DNA from: Chrysomallon squamiferum
Lineage: Eukaryota; Animalia; Mollusca
Assembly: GCA_012295275.1 (NCBI GenBank)
Contig: CM022668.1
Location: 13,082,001 to 13,146,000 of the forward strand
Direction of reading: 5' to 3'
DNA length: 64,000 nt
In this document: positions 48,672 through 62,925 of the stretch, one piece after another
How the letters are laid out: every line of letters begins with the position of its first letter
Position numbering within the stretch: position 1 is the stretch's first letter
Translations under genes and position numbers: made by a program
Notes under the pieces: generated by a model
Database searches by the model: none
What the model was told of the DNA's origin: nothing
What the model saw: the letters and a program-made list of their open reading frames with translations, nothing else

Positions 48672-49403
48672 GTAACGCGAATCGAACGAATGCTAAACGG
48701 ATCAGTTTACCGTTAAATCAAAATTAACAATTTACAAGTATCGGCGCATTATTATTACCTTTCACCCCCCCACACACCAACCCCCCACGATCTTTAATCA
48801 AGCGAGTTTTTTTTTTTTTTTCAATCATTCAAAACGCCGCCACCACATGGAAATTATTTCAAATGATTTCTCATGGGGGTTGTTCTCCGATATTAATATC
48901 TCTACCCCCCACCACCCCCCGACAATTCGTCCATGATTAATTCAGCAGTTTTCCTTTCATTTCGACAAAAACAAAGGACAAACAAAGGCTCAGTTTATGG
49001 AAACAAATGTCGGTGTGTTGAAAAGAACGCGGCAATATCCGAGCAGACGAAAAGTGAAATTGATAAGCGATCGCTTTTCCCGCTTTATTAGCGAATAACG
49101 CGCGCGCGCGAAAATGATTGCGGCAGGATTGAACGGGCGGCCATGTTGGGTTTAACACACGCCGATTTCAAAATGGAGTGACGGTTGTTTGTTTGTTTAA
49201 GGGTGCGGTGAAATGTAATTAATACGTGTTGGTTTTAATGTAGTTGAAGTTGAAAAAAAAAAAAAAAAAAAAAAAAAGTAAAATATAAATTTAGTCCAGT
49301 TAATGGAATGCTGTGCCGAATAATTTTAAAATAATTCTTTTTTTTTTAATTTTTTTTTTATCTTTTTTTTTTATTTATAAAACGCTAAAGTAAAACAAAT
49401 ATA

Positions 49404-49441
<38 letters not shown>

Positions 49442-50066
49442 ATACTAATAAATAAATAAATAAATAAATACTTGATGATTATTACCAATAAAATTAATTT
49501 AACTATTATCAAAATTTGAAAGACAATTTTCTCTTCTCATTCTTCTTTAAACAATACAAAAAAAAAAAAAACTCACCAAAACAACGACAAACAACAACAA
49601 CAACATTATAAACATCAACAACTACAACGACAGTATCAAGGTTACACTACTGGAATAATAAACTAATTTCAAAACAACAACTTTGTCGTTAACGACGTTG
49701 TGCACGACGCCACACACGTCCTCCGACCTAGACGTCGTCAGCCTTTCTCCATTAGCATCGTTATTTTCAAATTACGTCAAAGCAGGCAGAAACCTGGCTA
49801 ATCATTTGCACACCACCTTTTATTTGTATACCTGCACTGCCGATGAACTCATTATTCTTTTTTAAATAGCAGTTTTTAAAATAATTATGTCTTATGGATT
49901 GTTATTATTAATGATTTATGTACGCACAGGTACGGACTCACACTAAAAAACAAACCCCCCAACATATATATATAATGTGTGCGTGTGCGTGCGTGTGTGT
50001 GTGTATGTAAAATTGACTAATGAGAGTAATGTGATTATACATACAACAGAACAGATGAATATATTG

Positions 50067-50098
<32 letters not shown>

Positions 50099-51158
50099 AT
50101 ACATACAAACACACACACACACACACACACTCACACACACACACATATATATGTATGTCAGGTAATTACGTTGCTATATTTATTTTTTAAATGATCCAGC
50201 CCGAACTCTGTTAGTCTGTTAGTGCTGGTGTGTTGTAGTAGTCGTAGTAGTGTTCGTAATAGTAGTAGTAATAGTAGTAGCAGTTGTAGTAGTAGTAGTA
50301 GTAATTGTAATAGTAGTAGTTATTGTTGTAGTAGTACTAGTAGTAGTAGTAATAGTAGTAGCAGCAGTAGTAATAATAATAGTAGTAGTAATAGTAAATG
50401 TTTTAGAGTAGTAGTAGTAGTAGTAGTGGTGGTAGTAGTATTAGTAGTAGTAGTAGTAGCACTAGTAGTAGTGGTGGTGGTAGTAGCAGTAGCAGTAGTA
50501 GTAGTAGTAGTTAGTAGTAGTTAGTAGTAGTAGTGGTGGTGGTGGTAGTAGTAGTAATAGTAGTAGTAGTAGTAGTAATAGTAATAGTAGTAGTAGCAGT
50601 AATGGTAATAGAAGTACAGGCATTCCTGATTTCTGGATTTTCGGTTTTCTGGTACCAAGGCATCTAAACACTTAAATAACTAGGCATAGAAATTTTAAAA
50701 TAAAAAACATAAAGAAAACTGACGATACACAACTGTGGCGACTCGACACGTGAACAATGTGGCGACTCGACACGTGAACAATGCGGCGAGTGAATGAACG
50801 CCACGCGGCTTGAAAGAGTAGTTCCGGTCTGGTGAGGACAACACCTGCGCATGCGAACTATGAAAATAGCGTTGGGGAAAAAAAAAAAACACTCCCGGTT
50901 TTCTGGTCTTTCCGGATTTCCGGACGCCGGATAACTGGTCCGGTACCTGTAGTATAAAATACAAATATAATGGATATTTTCTTACATATTGTGATCTCTT
51001 TTTTCATACAGAAAAAAGCAGAAACAATTGGTTTTGTGATCGAAATTGTGATTATCGTATAATAATTACAATATATATATATAATAATAATTATCATCGT
51101 TGATGTCGGCGTACGTCGTACGTCATCGATGACTTCGTCACCAACATCTAACTAATAC

Positions 51159-51265
51159 ACTTACCTTTGAGGTTTTGGAATCAGACAACTTAACTTTAAT
51201 CCTGAATCCTCCACGTTATAGTTTACTTGTTGACATTATTACGTCATTGTATTGTTACGTCACAT
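51159..51265 (-). promoter_or_regulatory. Putative promoter plus short non-coding first exon (orphan)
   Basis: On the - strand: two TGACGTAA CRE/PAR-like sites (~51262, ~51246), TATAA (~51221) and a consensus donor AAG|gtaagt at 51165/51164. Confidence 0.4.
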
Positions 51266-51364
51266 AACAGAAATTCCTGATACAACGGGACGGTTTCGCT
51301 AAACAGTAGATTAGGTTTGTAGGTAGATTATGGTCTTTGCATTCATTTTGTGAACTATAGCAAA

Positions 51365-51905
51365 GTGTATTGTGTTGTAGTGTTGTGTATTACATTGCAG
51401 TGTCGTGTATTACATGGTAGTATAGTGTAGTGTATTGTATCGTAATGTAGCATAGTGGATTGTACTGTATTGTATTGTAGTGTGCTGTATTGTATTGTAG
51501 TGTAATCTAGTGTAGTGTAGTGTAGTGTAGTGTTTTATTGTGTATTCTAGTGTAGTATATTGTAGTGTTGTAAAATGTATTGTAGTGAAATATAGTGCAG
51601 TGTAGTGTAATGTAATGTATTGTATTGTACTGTATTGTATTATATTGCAGTGCAGTGTATTGTATTGTATTGCAGTGTAATGTATTGTATTGTATTATAC
51701 TGTAATGTATTGTTGCATTGCAGTGTATTGTTCTGTGTAATATATTGTACTGTAATGTAATGTATTGTATTGTATTGTATTGTATTAGTAGTATATTGTA
51801 ATGTAAGTGTAATGTTGTACAGTATAGTATATTGTTCTGTAGTGTAATATAGTGTAATGTATTGTACTGTAGTATAGTGTAGTCCAGTAGTATAGTATAG
51901 TATAG
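51365..51905. repeat. Degenerate (TGTAT/TGTAG)n pentanucleotide repeat
   Basis: Seen directly. Confidence 0.9.
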
Positions 51906-51915
51906 TTTGGTATCG

Positions 51916-51995
<80 letters not shown>

Positions 51996-52654
51996 ACAAA
52001 CACACACACATGTAATACACAAACACACACACAAACACACACACACACAAACACACACACAAACACACACAAACACAAACACACACACAAAAACACAAAC
52101 ACAAACACACACGCACCAAACACATTCACTATTTATTTTTAAATTTTCTTTCTCTCTTTTATTTGTTTTTTTTTATTCTTTATTATTTTTGTGTTCTTCT
52201 TTTCGCCTTTCTGTAATTTTCTTTCCTTCTTTATTTCATTCGTTTTTCAGTTTCTTATTTCTTTCATGCGTTATCTTTTTATCTTTTGTTTTGCTTTTTT
52301 TCCCCTTATTAATTCGTAATACTAACTTTCTTTCTCTCTTTAACCTTCTTTTCTTTTTCCTTTTTTCTTTCTATCATATTTTTTATCTTCTTTCGTTTCT
52401 TTTCTTTCGATGATAAAATAAAAATGCAACGCTTCCTCTGCTCGAACAAGTAGTTTAATGAGCGTGGAACTAAAACACAACAACTTCACAACAGTTTACA
52501 TAGTTCATCTCTTGTTATTTATTTATTTATTTATTTATTTATGTATCATCATCATTATTATTATCATTATCATTATCATTACCATAATCATCATCATCGT
52601 TCTTTCACAGTTGGAACTTTTACTTACTAATATATATATATGTATGTATGTATG

Positions 52655-52688
<34 letters not shown>

Positions 52689-53076
52689 TATATGTATGTA
52701 TGTATGTATGTATGTGTGCATGTATATATCTATATATATATATATATGTATGTATAATATATATATATGTGTGTGTGTATGTGTGTGTATATATATCTAT
52801 ATCTATATATATGTATGTATGTATGTGTGTAAGTATGTGTATGCGTATGTGTATGCGTATGTGTATGCGTGCATGTATGTACTTTTAAATAAGTAAGTAG
52901 ATAAATAAATAAAATAGTAAGTAAATAAATAAATGAATAAATAAATAAACAAATAAATAAACAAACAAATAAATAAATAAATAAACAAACAAACAAACAA
53001 ATAAATGAATAAATAAATAAATAAATAAATAAATAAACAAACAATCAAATAAATAAATGGAACAAAAATATAAATG

Positions 53077-53263
53077 TCTTCTTTTATGATTAATAAATTA
53101 CCATTTCGCTTTTTGTTCTTGCTTTATTTAACTTTCCCCTTTTAAATCAAAAACCGAGAATCATCATAAATAACCTGAAATAGCATATTTAATTTCCGAC
53201 AGTTTTCGGAAATAATAGTTTCGGTCGATTATACTAACATAACATCTCAATTAAGTTATGAAA
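53077..53263. repeat. Left copy of a ~190-bp inverted duplication (partner 62926-63115)
   Basis: TCTTCTTTTATGATTAATAAATTACCATTTCGC...CATCTCAATTAAGTTATGAAA is the reverse complement of 62926-63115 with few differences. Confidence 0.95.
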
Positions 53264-53394
53264 TATTTTTATTTTTACTAATTTTACATAAAGGCCACAT
53301 CAATATTGGATTTCTGTGTTTGTCCGCGATTGTGTTTGAGTTCTCTTTTCGTCTGTATGTTCCGTGAAAACACGCCACTCATCGTGCATCATCG

Positions 53395-55222
53395 TCATTC
53401 AAGGCCGGATATTGCCGAGTGATCGTAATTCCGGAGTAGCTGAAAGAACCATACACATTAATTACAAACTGACGTGTTTTAATTGAACTAAAGATTATTT
53501 ATTATTCAAACAGTATCATAAGGCATGAAGGAAAGTGTATTTGTATAGTTAAATGGAGTAGTTATAAATATGTGCAATATATAAACACCTACATATATAT
53601 TTATGTACCGAGGCATTTGTGCATGCATACATACATACATACATACATACATTCAGTACATACACACACACACATATACAAACACACATACATTTTCCCC
53701 ACACATGCATACACCCATGCACACATACACACAGTAATATACACAGAAACACAGAGAGATAAACACATATATATATAATAAACTGTACTACTTATTAAGT
53801 ACAATTACAGGTACATTTTAATAACTGCAAGGTAGATGGACAGATTGTAATAATAATCGATAAAACTGATAGATAGAAGAACAAATGAAAGAAAAAGAAC
53901 TGAGAGAAAGAAAGAGCAGGAGAACAAATCAAAATGACGAAAAAGTTTAACTAATAATCACAAGAAACTCTGCTGGCCATTTTTATTTATTATTATCTCG
54001 TAACCGAGCATTTTTGCTTTTGAAATAATTTTTAATTACTCAAACATACGCAGCTGAAATTAAATTAAAGACTCAGTAAACAACCAATCGTCTCCCTGGC
54101 AACAGAAGAGAAACGAATAAATTTAACTTTTATAATTACCGCAGTGGTCACTAAATTACGTAATGAATTCGTGGGTGGTTTAGGATCGCGATATTTTAAA
54201 TAACAATTCCTGGAGGTCAGTTCTGTCTTGGAGAATTTTGTTTTGCAGTTCCTTTGCATTATCCTTGCCCAAGCGCAGTTTAAAGCCACAAACAAAGATT
54301 AAAATAGATCATTGCTTTTTTTTTCTTTTATATATTTCGAGAAACAGAAAGAGAGAAAGAAGAAGGAGAGACGACTAACGGCGAAAGAAAAGAAAGAGAG
54401 ATATTAAAGATAGAGAGAAGGTTTTCAAAGAAACAAACAGAGAGAGAGAAATCGAACAGAGACCGAAAAAAAGAAAAGTGAAAAAAATATGAATTAATGT
54501 AAATCAAAGATGGAGAGAGAGACAGAAAGAATTTTAAAAAAAAGAGAAAGAAAGGAAAAAGAAATAAACAAAAAACATACGAGAAGAAAAAATTAACCAA
54601 TAAAGAACGTGACAAAACAACATAAAATAAAAAAAATATATTTCAGTCACACACGCAAAAAACTGAATCACCTAAAACTAAACATCCTACAGAACTAAAC
54701 CTAACAACCACCACCACCACCACCACCAACAACACCAACACCAACAACACTACCAACAACAACACCACCACCAATACCAACACCAACACCAACACCAACA
54801 AAACCACTACCTCCAACACCAACACCACCACCACAACCAACACCAACACCAACACCAACAACACCAACACCAACACCAACACCACCAACATCACCACCAC
54901 CACCACCAACAACAACACCACAAACAACAACAACTACAACATCAGCATTTACCCTTGTCTCCGCCGCATCACTGGGATGGTTCGGACTGGACCTGACTGG
55001 ACTCCGCTTCCCGTAAAACCGGCCCATCCGGTCGAATCTGGACGGGTAGCCTCGCTTCGATCCGAACGCGAAGTAGTTTTCAAACAGCTCGCTCAGCAGC
55101 AGGTCAAAGTTCGCGGCCCGGGGACTGGGGCCCTCGACGAACGACGCCCTCTCGTAGTAACGACATGACGTAATGTCGACCAGCAGAACCAGCGCGGTGA
55201 TAGCGATACACAGTATAGTCAT
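53395..55222 (-). CDS. Amidated neuropeptide precursor, gene C (GYPSRFDRMGRFYamide; main exon 55222-54953; terminal exon 53439-53395 or alternatively 54263-54180)
   Basis: Acceptor ttacag|AACG ATG; signal peptide MTILCIAITALVLLVDITSC; KR-GYPSRFDRMGRFY-GKR; phase-0 donor AGG|gtaaat at 54953. The strong acceptor ttctttcag| at 53439 gives LLRNYDHSAISGLE* (104 aa total). The 3' exon structure is uncertain. Confidence 0.82.
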
Positions 55223-55230
55223 CGTTCTGT

Positions 55231-55900
55231 AATAGTGATAGCAATAGTAATAATAGTAATAGTAATAGTAGTAATAGTAAGGGTAATAGTAATTTTAATA
55301 GTAATAATAGTAATAGTAATAGAAATTATAATAGTAATAGTAATTTTAATAGTAATAATAGCAATAGTAATAGTAATAGTAATAATAGTAATAGTAATTT
55401 TAATAGTAATAATAGTAATAGTAATAGAAATTATAATAGTAATAGTAATAGTAATTTTAATAGTGATAATAATAGTAATTATAATAGTAATAGTAATAGT
55501 GATAATAGTAATTTTAATAGTAATAGTAACCTAATTATAATAGTAATAGTAATTTTAATAGTAATAATAGTAATAGTAATAGTAATTGTAATAGTATAAT
55601 AATAATAATAGTATAGTAATTTTAATATAGTAATAGCAATAGTAATAATAGTAGTAATAGTAATCTTAATAGTAATAATAGTAAAAGTAATAATAATAAT
55701 AATGATGATGATACTGATAATAATAATGTTAATGATAGTAGTAATAATCACAGAAGTAATAATAATGATGGTAATAATAATATAATAATAATAATAGTAA
55801 TAATATAATAATAATAATAATGAGGGTGATATGATAATAATAATGATAAAGATAATAATAGTGATATAATAATAATAGTAATAATAATAATAAATAATTA
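55231..55900. repeat. (TAA/TAG)n low-complexity intronic tract
   Basis: Seen directly. Confidence 0.9.
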
Positions 55901-57036
55901 ATTATTTTTAATTATTTTCAAATAATAATAAGTATACTGTTGCTGATAATAATAATAACAACAACAACAACAAAAACAATGACAGCAATAATGTTAATAA
56001 AAATGATGTTTATGATAATAATAATAGCAATAACAATAACAACAAACGTCATTGTGATGATGATGATCACATTGTTTTGGTTTTTTTAAATTCAGGTTTA
56101 CCTTTGATTATCATCATCATCATCATCATCATCATAAAAACAATATTTCAGAATTAGTAATACTAACAAGGCTCCTAACAATGTATTAATTAATCAGTTT
56201 ATTTACGTTTCAATGGATAATTAATTAATTTATTGTTTTTTTTGTTTTTCATTTATTTATGTTATATAAATATCTATAATAACAACATCGTAGAGCATAA
56301 CAAGATTCTAAATCGAGTTTTCATTTATATCACTAAGGCAATACAGTTAAAAGGCAAAATCTGATGTTAATTTCATTTTGAAATTGATATCCCTGAAATT
56401 AACAACTCGTTTAAAAATCTTCTTCAGATGTATTCATTATTACAGATATCAGTCTCCTCTGGGTAAATTGGATTCTATTTTTAGCAGTGGATATTAAATA
56501 CTTAACGTTTGCACAAGATAACTTTAATGAACTTGCGTATGTGTTTGTGTATAGTGTGTTTGTATGTATGTGTATGCGTGTTTGTATTTTAGGATGTGAA
56601 TATTCTCTGTCTTATGTACGTTTGATTAGATTCTGTACACAGACAATATTCGGGAACGCAGTGACACAGGAGGACAAAGTCCAATCACGACCTCACAAAC
56701 CCGTCAGATGCCGCTGACGAGACTCGAACGTATGACATCCCATTCGCCCACACTCCGAAGGCGAGAAAGACAACCTAACTGAAACAACACGGAAAATGAG
56801 AAAAAAAGATGACGCAATCATGCAGTGGGGGTGCTTTTTTCCTTTCAGCAGTAAGGATAATTTTATTTGTGCCTTATCATAGACAGGGGAAAAACACCTA
56901 ACACAGGTTTTGCTAAACCAGATGTTGAAAGAAAACTTATGTACTGATTCTTGTGTTTATACTGTTATAAACTGGAACCATTATTATTTTCTTAAAATCA
57001 TTGAATGATAGAATGATTTCATCAGATCTCTGCCGC

Positions 57037-57164
<128 letters not shown>

Positions 57165-57774
57165 GTAGTAATAATAATAATAATAATCAGAAGAAAAAGA
57201 AGAAAAGGAAGAAGAAAAAGAAGAAGAAAAAGATAATAGTTAAAAATAAAACATAATTAAAAAAACAAAACAATTAAAGCAAATTTTGTTTGCAGATTGT
57301 CACATTTTCTGTTGCAGTGTTCTACAATAGAATCGCTGTGATTGAAATTTATTTTAATCTTTTAAAAACTGCGTGGATTAGAAACAGAAAAATCACTTTC
57401 TTTATTCAAACTGACTTTTAATTTACTTAAAGCCAAAGATTTATATATTTTAGAACACATTTGTTAGTCCTTTGTCAGAAAATCGATAATGGATTTATAA
57501 AATTAAAAATAAATGAATTTTTCAGCAAGTATATCGTGTGTTTTTTTTATAGTTTTTATTTTATTTTATTTATTTATTTATTTTATTTATTTATTTTTTT
57601 ATTTTAGAAATTTCAGATTATATGATTATATAATCACAGAAAATCTTGCACATAATTTTTATAATTGTCTCCTACTATACTGCTAGTACTACAGTTACTA
57701 TTACGACTACTACTACTACTACTACTACTACGACTACTACTACTACTACTATTACTACTAGTAATAATGACTAA

Positions 57775-57820
<46 letters not shown>

Positions 57821-57961
57821 GTAATGGTAATAATAATAAAATAATAACAATACACATAATAATAAAAAAAATAAACAACAAAAACAACTAACTACTACTA
57901 CTAATAATAATAATAATAATTAAAATAATAATAATAACAATAATAATAATAATAATAATAA

Positions 57962-57992
<31 letters not shown>

Positions 57993-58108
57993 AAGAAGAA
58001 GAAGAAGAAGAAGAAGACTACTAGAATTAAGAAAGTGTATTTTTTTTTTTATCTTTTTAAAATATCGAGAAAATTAATGTTGCAGCTTCCCCTAACCAGA
58101 CACTTAAG

Positions 58109-58167
<59 letters not shown>

Positions 58168-59629
58168 CAGATCATTCATTCCTATTAACATACACGCATT
58201 AATATTTTCACTAACAGCGATTACGTGGATCGAACCTTTAGACGTTTGTAACTCATATCAAACACATTCGATTTGTCAATCAACATAATGGAAAGATTTA
58301 CAGTAAACTATGCACAGTACTTATTATATCATTTATTCTGCTTAATTTTGTATGTGTTAAATTATATTTCCTTCTTTATTTTTCATTGTTTGTTTTATAT
58401 TTTAAGTTTATATTAAAAAAAAAAAAAAAAAATTCTTGAAAACCGGAAAATCCAGAAATTCGAGAAATATCCGGTCCTAAGTTTGCCGGATAAATTTGTC
58501 TAGAATATTTATTTATATTTTCTAAAATATTTTTTGTTACTAGATACATGGAATATTAATCAGAATATAGGTTGACAGAGAAACGTTCATGAAATTTATT
58601 CGTTAAAGAATTATGTTTGCGAGGAATAGTTAATTTAAAAAAAAAAGTATTATGATTATTGCTATTTGTAGGTATTCAAAAATTATTTTCATTTTGGAAA
58701 ATAAAAGACTGACTCGTAAGTATAATTTTAGATCGTTTTTTTTTTTTTTTTTTTTTTTCTTGATTTCAGTGATAAAGAATTCAAAGCTGTCAGTTCCATC
58801 GTTATGAATTTTTTTAATATTTAATTATTATTTCTTGTTACCGTCTGCCATTTTGAAGAAATCTCGATTTTATAAAACCCGTTTTGAAACGAGGCTGTCC
58901 TTGGCAAAGCTTATTTCATAATATGTCATGTTCTGGGTTGCAAATATTCTGTCCAATTTTTTATATTTTTTTTTATTCATAAATCTGCAAAGTATATTAA
59001 CGGTGTCATGTGAAGCCAAAGTTTGTAAAATCTATAATTTGCGCGAGATAAATTTAAAAAAAAAAAAAAAAAAAAATCCTTTGTAATTTATAACTTCACT
59101 TTATGATCATAATTCGGTTATTTTTAGATGCGTATATTTTAATATGGTTAAGAAGATTTATTCTTATTTTTATTTCGGGTATAATATTTTGAACTGGGTC
59201 GAGTCGGTGAAGTTTATTTTTGAACTGTTTACAAGCAGCGATTTCTTCATTGGTGAAAGTTGCATTCAGGATGTTCTTCAGTAGATAAAGCAGTTTTGTT
59301 TTTCATATTATTGTTTGTAAATTTGTGTCGTTTTTCTTTTACCATTGATTATATAAAAAATGTTCAGTTTATAAAACTTTTATTTATTTATTTATTTATT
59401 AACTTATTTACTTATTTACTTACATATCATTTCATATTCATTTATTTATTAAAGCGTTTGTTTTTCTTTTTTTATATTATTATTATCATTATTTATTATG
59501 ACTTTTTCTTTTATTTCTTTCTTTTTTTCTTTTTCCTTTTCTATTTTTCTTTTCTTTACATCTGGCTTTCTTTTTTTTTTTTTTTCTCTAGTTTTGAATC
59601 CACACCATAAAATAAAACCATCTACTTAC

Positions 59630-59730
59630 CAATTTTTTAACAACGCCAAAACGACAGTTCCGTCTCAAAGTAGCAAACGTTTAAATTCCTCCTTCAGTCT
59701 CTGCGCACCCGAGTTATCTCTATTATGTTA
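59630..59730 (-). other. Putative non-coding first exon of gene C
   Basis: Donor TTG|gtaagt at 59630/59629 on the - strand, at the edge of a CpG-rich block (59640-60070). The gene C ATG exon begins with an acceptor. The 5' boundary is uncertain. Confidence 0.55.
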
Positions 59731-60813
59731 CTCTTCAGTCGCTAATCACATTTATGCCCGATCATAATTGTTAGCCAGCGCAAGTTGCAAGAGATCGTCG
59801 TAGTTAGCAATGGTGTCGAATTCCTCGTCTCCGTCGTCGCTCAGTGAATTGAAATCACGCGGGAGTAATTGCTTTCATTATTTAAAACAAATCTGGCAGG
59901 TAATGTATACAACGCTCTTAGAGCCGCGATAATAGGCACGGGTCGATAACAGGTGTTTTTCCCGAGTTAAAAGCCAATCGGTTTCTTTCGGCGAGAAGGC
60001 GGGAAGGTGCGTCGCCTTTTCGTTGGAGGAAATTAATTTCGCAACGAATGACAGCGACACTTGAGGCTAGGGTTTTTTTGATTAAAATAAATTTCACGTT
60101 TATCGAGACTTTCATTTTTTTTTTTTTTTTTTTTGGCTTTCGTTTCTTTTTATCTATCTTTCTTTCGTTCTTTCTTATTTATTTTGTTCGTTTGTTATTT
60201 CTTCCTTTTTTTTTTTTTTTTTTAACACTTTTTTCAATCGTGACAAATTCTGTGTGTTTTTTTTTTTTTTTGTTTCTTTGATTTATTATTTCCCCTTTTC
60301 TTTCTTTTTTCTTTACAATTCATTCATTCTTTCATTTTTTTTCTTTCTTTCTCCTTCCATTATTGCTTTTCATTTTTTCTTTCTTTCTTTCTTTACTGTT
60401 TTCTCTTTTCGAAGATGATCTGAAATATTAATTAATTAGTATTTAATTAGGTATCTGATAAATCTGAAAATTAGAGATTTAAAAGAAGAAAACCTACGTG
60501 TTATTGTGTTTATCATCATCATAAATATTATTGGTGTTGTTGCTGCTGTTATTCTTCTTCTTATTTTTCTTTCTTTCTTCTTCTTCTTCACCTTCGTCTT
60601 CTTCTATTATTATTAAAGCTATTGCTAATAATATTGTTATTATTTTATTGTCATTATTTTTATTACGATTATTAGTATTATTTCTGCTGCTGTTGTTGTT
60701 GCTATTGTTGTTATTGCTGTCGTCATCATAATCGTCATCATCAACATCAGCTTCGTGATATTTGCAGGAAAGTATCAATAATATCAATAGTGTGTTGATG
60801 AAGTAAAAGCCAC

Positions 60814-60869
<56 letters not shown>

Positions 60870-61330
60870 GATGATGATGATAATAACGATAATAACAACG
60901 ATGACGATGATTATAATGATAATAATAGCAATGATGATGATTATAATGATAATAATGGTGATGATAATAATAATAACGGTGATAATAACAATAGTAATAA
61001 AAAATAAGAAAAATAATGATGATGATGATGATGATAACAATAACAACAACAAAATAAACAAATAAACAAACAAACAAGCAAATAAATATATAAATAAAAA
61101 ATTCCACTGATGACAACTGATCTATCATGGCCCATATATTATTATATTACTTACTGATGTCTACTGTTTCTGTTATGTTTCAGAGACGGTTGTCTCCCAT
61201 TTGACACACGTCCCATTTATTTCACACATTAAAAATGTTACACAGTCATCTTAGAGACCAATTAAACAAACCCTTTTAATATTAGTGAACCAGTCACTGG
61301 GAGAACTTGACTGAACATATTTACATACTA

Positions 61331-61420
61331 ATATGTGCTATAACACTGTAATGTGTTCTATAACACTGTGATATGTGCTATAAGACTGTAATATGTGCTA
61401 TAAGACTGTAATATGTGCCC
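61331..61420. repeat. 20-bp tandem repeat ATATGTGCTATAAGACTGTA, ~4.5 copies
   Basis: Seen directly. Confidence 0.9.
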
Positions 61421-61814
61421 TAATGCCACATGTGTCGTTCATATGTGCTAAATATGATGTAATAATTCATATTATTCTCGTGTTATAATGAATCAAAGAA
61501 ACAGTCTTTACTCAAATTAGACTCAACTCGTTTTGTTGTTGTTATTTAGAAAAGACGACGTTGTTGTCAGAAAAACACGGGGTTGACTACAGGCAGTGGA
61601 ATATGTTTTCAAAAATGGATTTCTAGAGAGAACACGTGATCAGTTTCGTTATGGATGTTACCGTGCGTGCCTGTGTATATGTAGATATGTATGTGCGTGT
61701 GTGTGTGTGTATTTTAAGATTGGAATATTCTTTTGTACGTCTGATTCGATTCTGCAGTTAGACCTAAACATTCAACAAGAAAAGTGTTTTTAGAATCAGC
61801 ACTCCTGAAGTTTT

Positions 61815-61910
<96 letters not shown>

Positions 61911-61922
61911 AAGAAGAAGAAG

Positions 61923-61958
<36 letters not shown>

Positions 61959-62144
61959 AGCAACAAAAATGACAAACATATTTTAAAACAAAAATCTTCT
62001 TCAATGGCCTTATGTACATAGATTGTATTATAATACAAAAAATACAGAACCGTGGCTGGATCGGGAAATATATCAGCGACAAAACAAATTCTACTGCACA
62101 GACTGTGGCTATATAACACGTGGGTGATGAAGAAAGACGTTTAA

Positions 62145-62446
62145 TGACGTCAAAGCCGACGTGACGGTCCGATACAAACAGCCATGTTGTTTTCGCTCAT
62201 TGCGAGAATTATTTATATTATAAAAGCTCGTCAGTCCGTGTCTACTTACGTAGGTATATGACACATTAACAGAATAATCTGGCAGCGGCATCGAGTGATA
62301 GAGACCCGAAACAAAAGAATCAATTCGGCAAATGGATTCGGCAGCGTAGCGCCCCATCGTGTGTTTCCGTGCGTGACGAAAGGTGACGAAGTTTGACGAA
62401 CTGACGCGGCCGAAGAAGAATGAGTGATTATCGCAAATGGGTAAAG
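62145..62446 (+). promoter_or_regulatory. Putative CRE/TATA promoter and first exon of a further gene
   Basis: TGACGTCA at 62145, TATAAAAG at 62219, a CpG-rich leader, then ATG AGT GAT TAT CGC AAA TGG|gtaaag (62420-62440). Confidence 0.4.
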
Positions 62447-62559
62447 TGTGTAATTGTCAGATTTTTTTTTTTTTCAAATCAAAGGGAATTATATATGAAG
62501 AAAACAATTCCTCTTCGGTGCTGCGATTGGTTTATTGTTTTCTTATAGCCACGCCCCCC

Positions 62560-62828
62560 GACATGTTGACCAAAGAACGTGTCTGTTTATTTTTCCACCC
62601 TCTCCCCCCTCTATCTACGGGAAGGTTTATAATGTAAAATTATTTTCTGCTATCCGAATCATCGTAGGCCTAATCAGAAACAGCAGCTGGTTTCTCCCAG
62701 ACATGTTGACCAAAGTACGTGTCTGTTTATTTTTGTTTTCCCCTGTCTACGGGAAGGTTTATAATGTAGGATTACTTTCTGCTATTCGATCATGGTAGAC
62801 CTAATCAGAAACAGCAGCTGGTTTTCTC
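62560..62828. repeat. Direct tandem duplication, 2 x ~130-140 bp
   Basis: GACATGTTGACCAAAG...CTAATCAGAAACAGCAGCTGGTTT starts at 62560 and again at 62700. Confidence 0.92.
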
Positions 62829-62925
62829 TTCATTATCATCTTTATAAAATACTGAGAGAACCTTTATAAATGTTTATTTTAAAACATTAATTAGCTAGTC
62901 CTGATTATATACATTTTAAATACAC

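Noticed and set aside
54701-54952. Gly/Val-rich C-terminus of the 173-aa ORF, resembling a structural protein
   Set aside because: It is read-through into an intronic (ACC/AAC)n tract past the donor at 54953.
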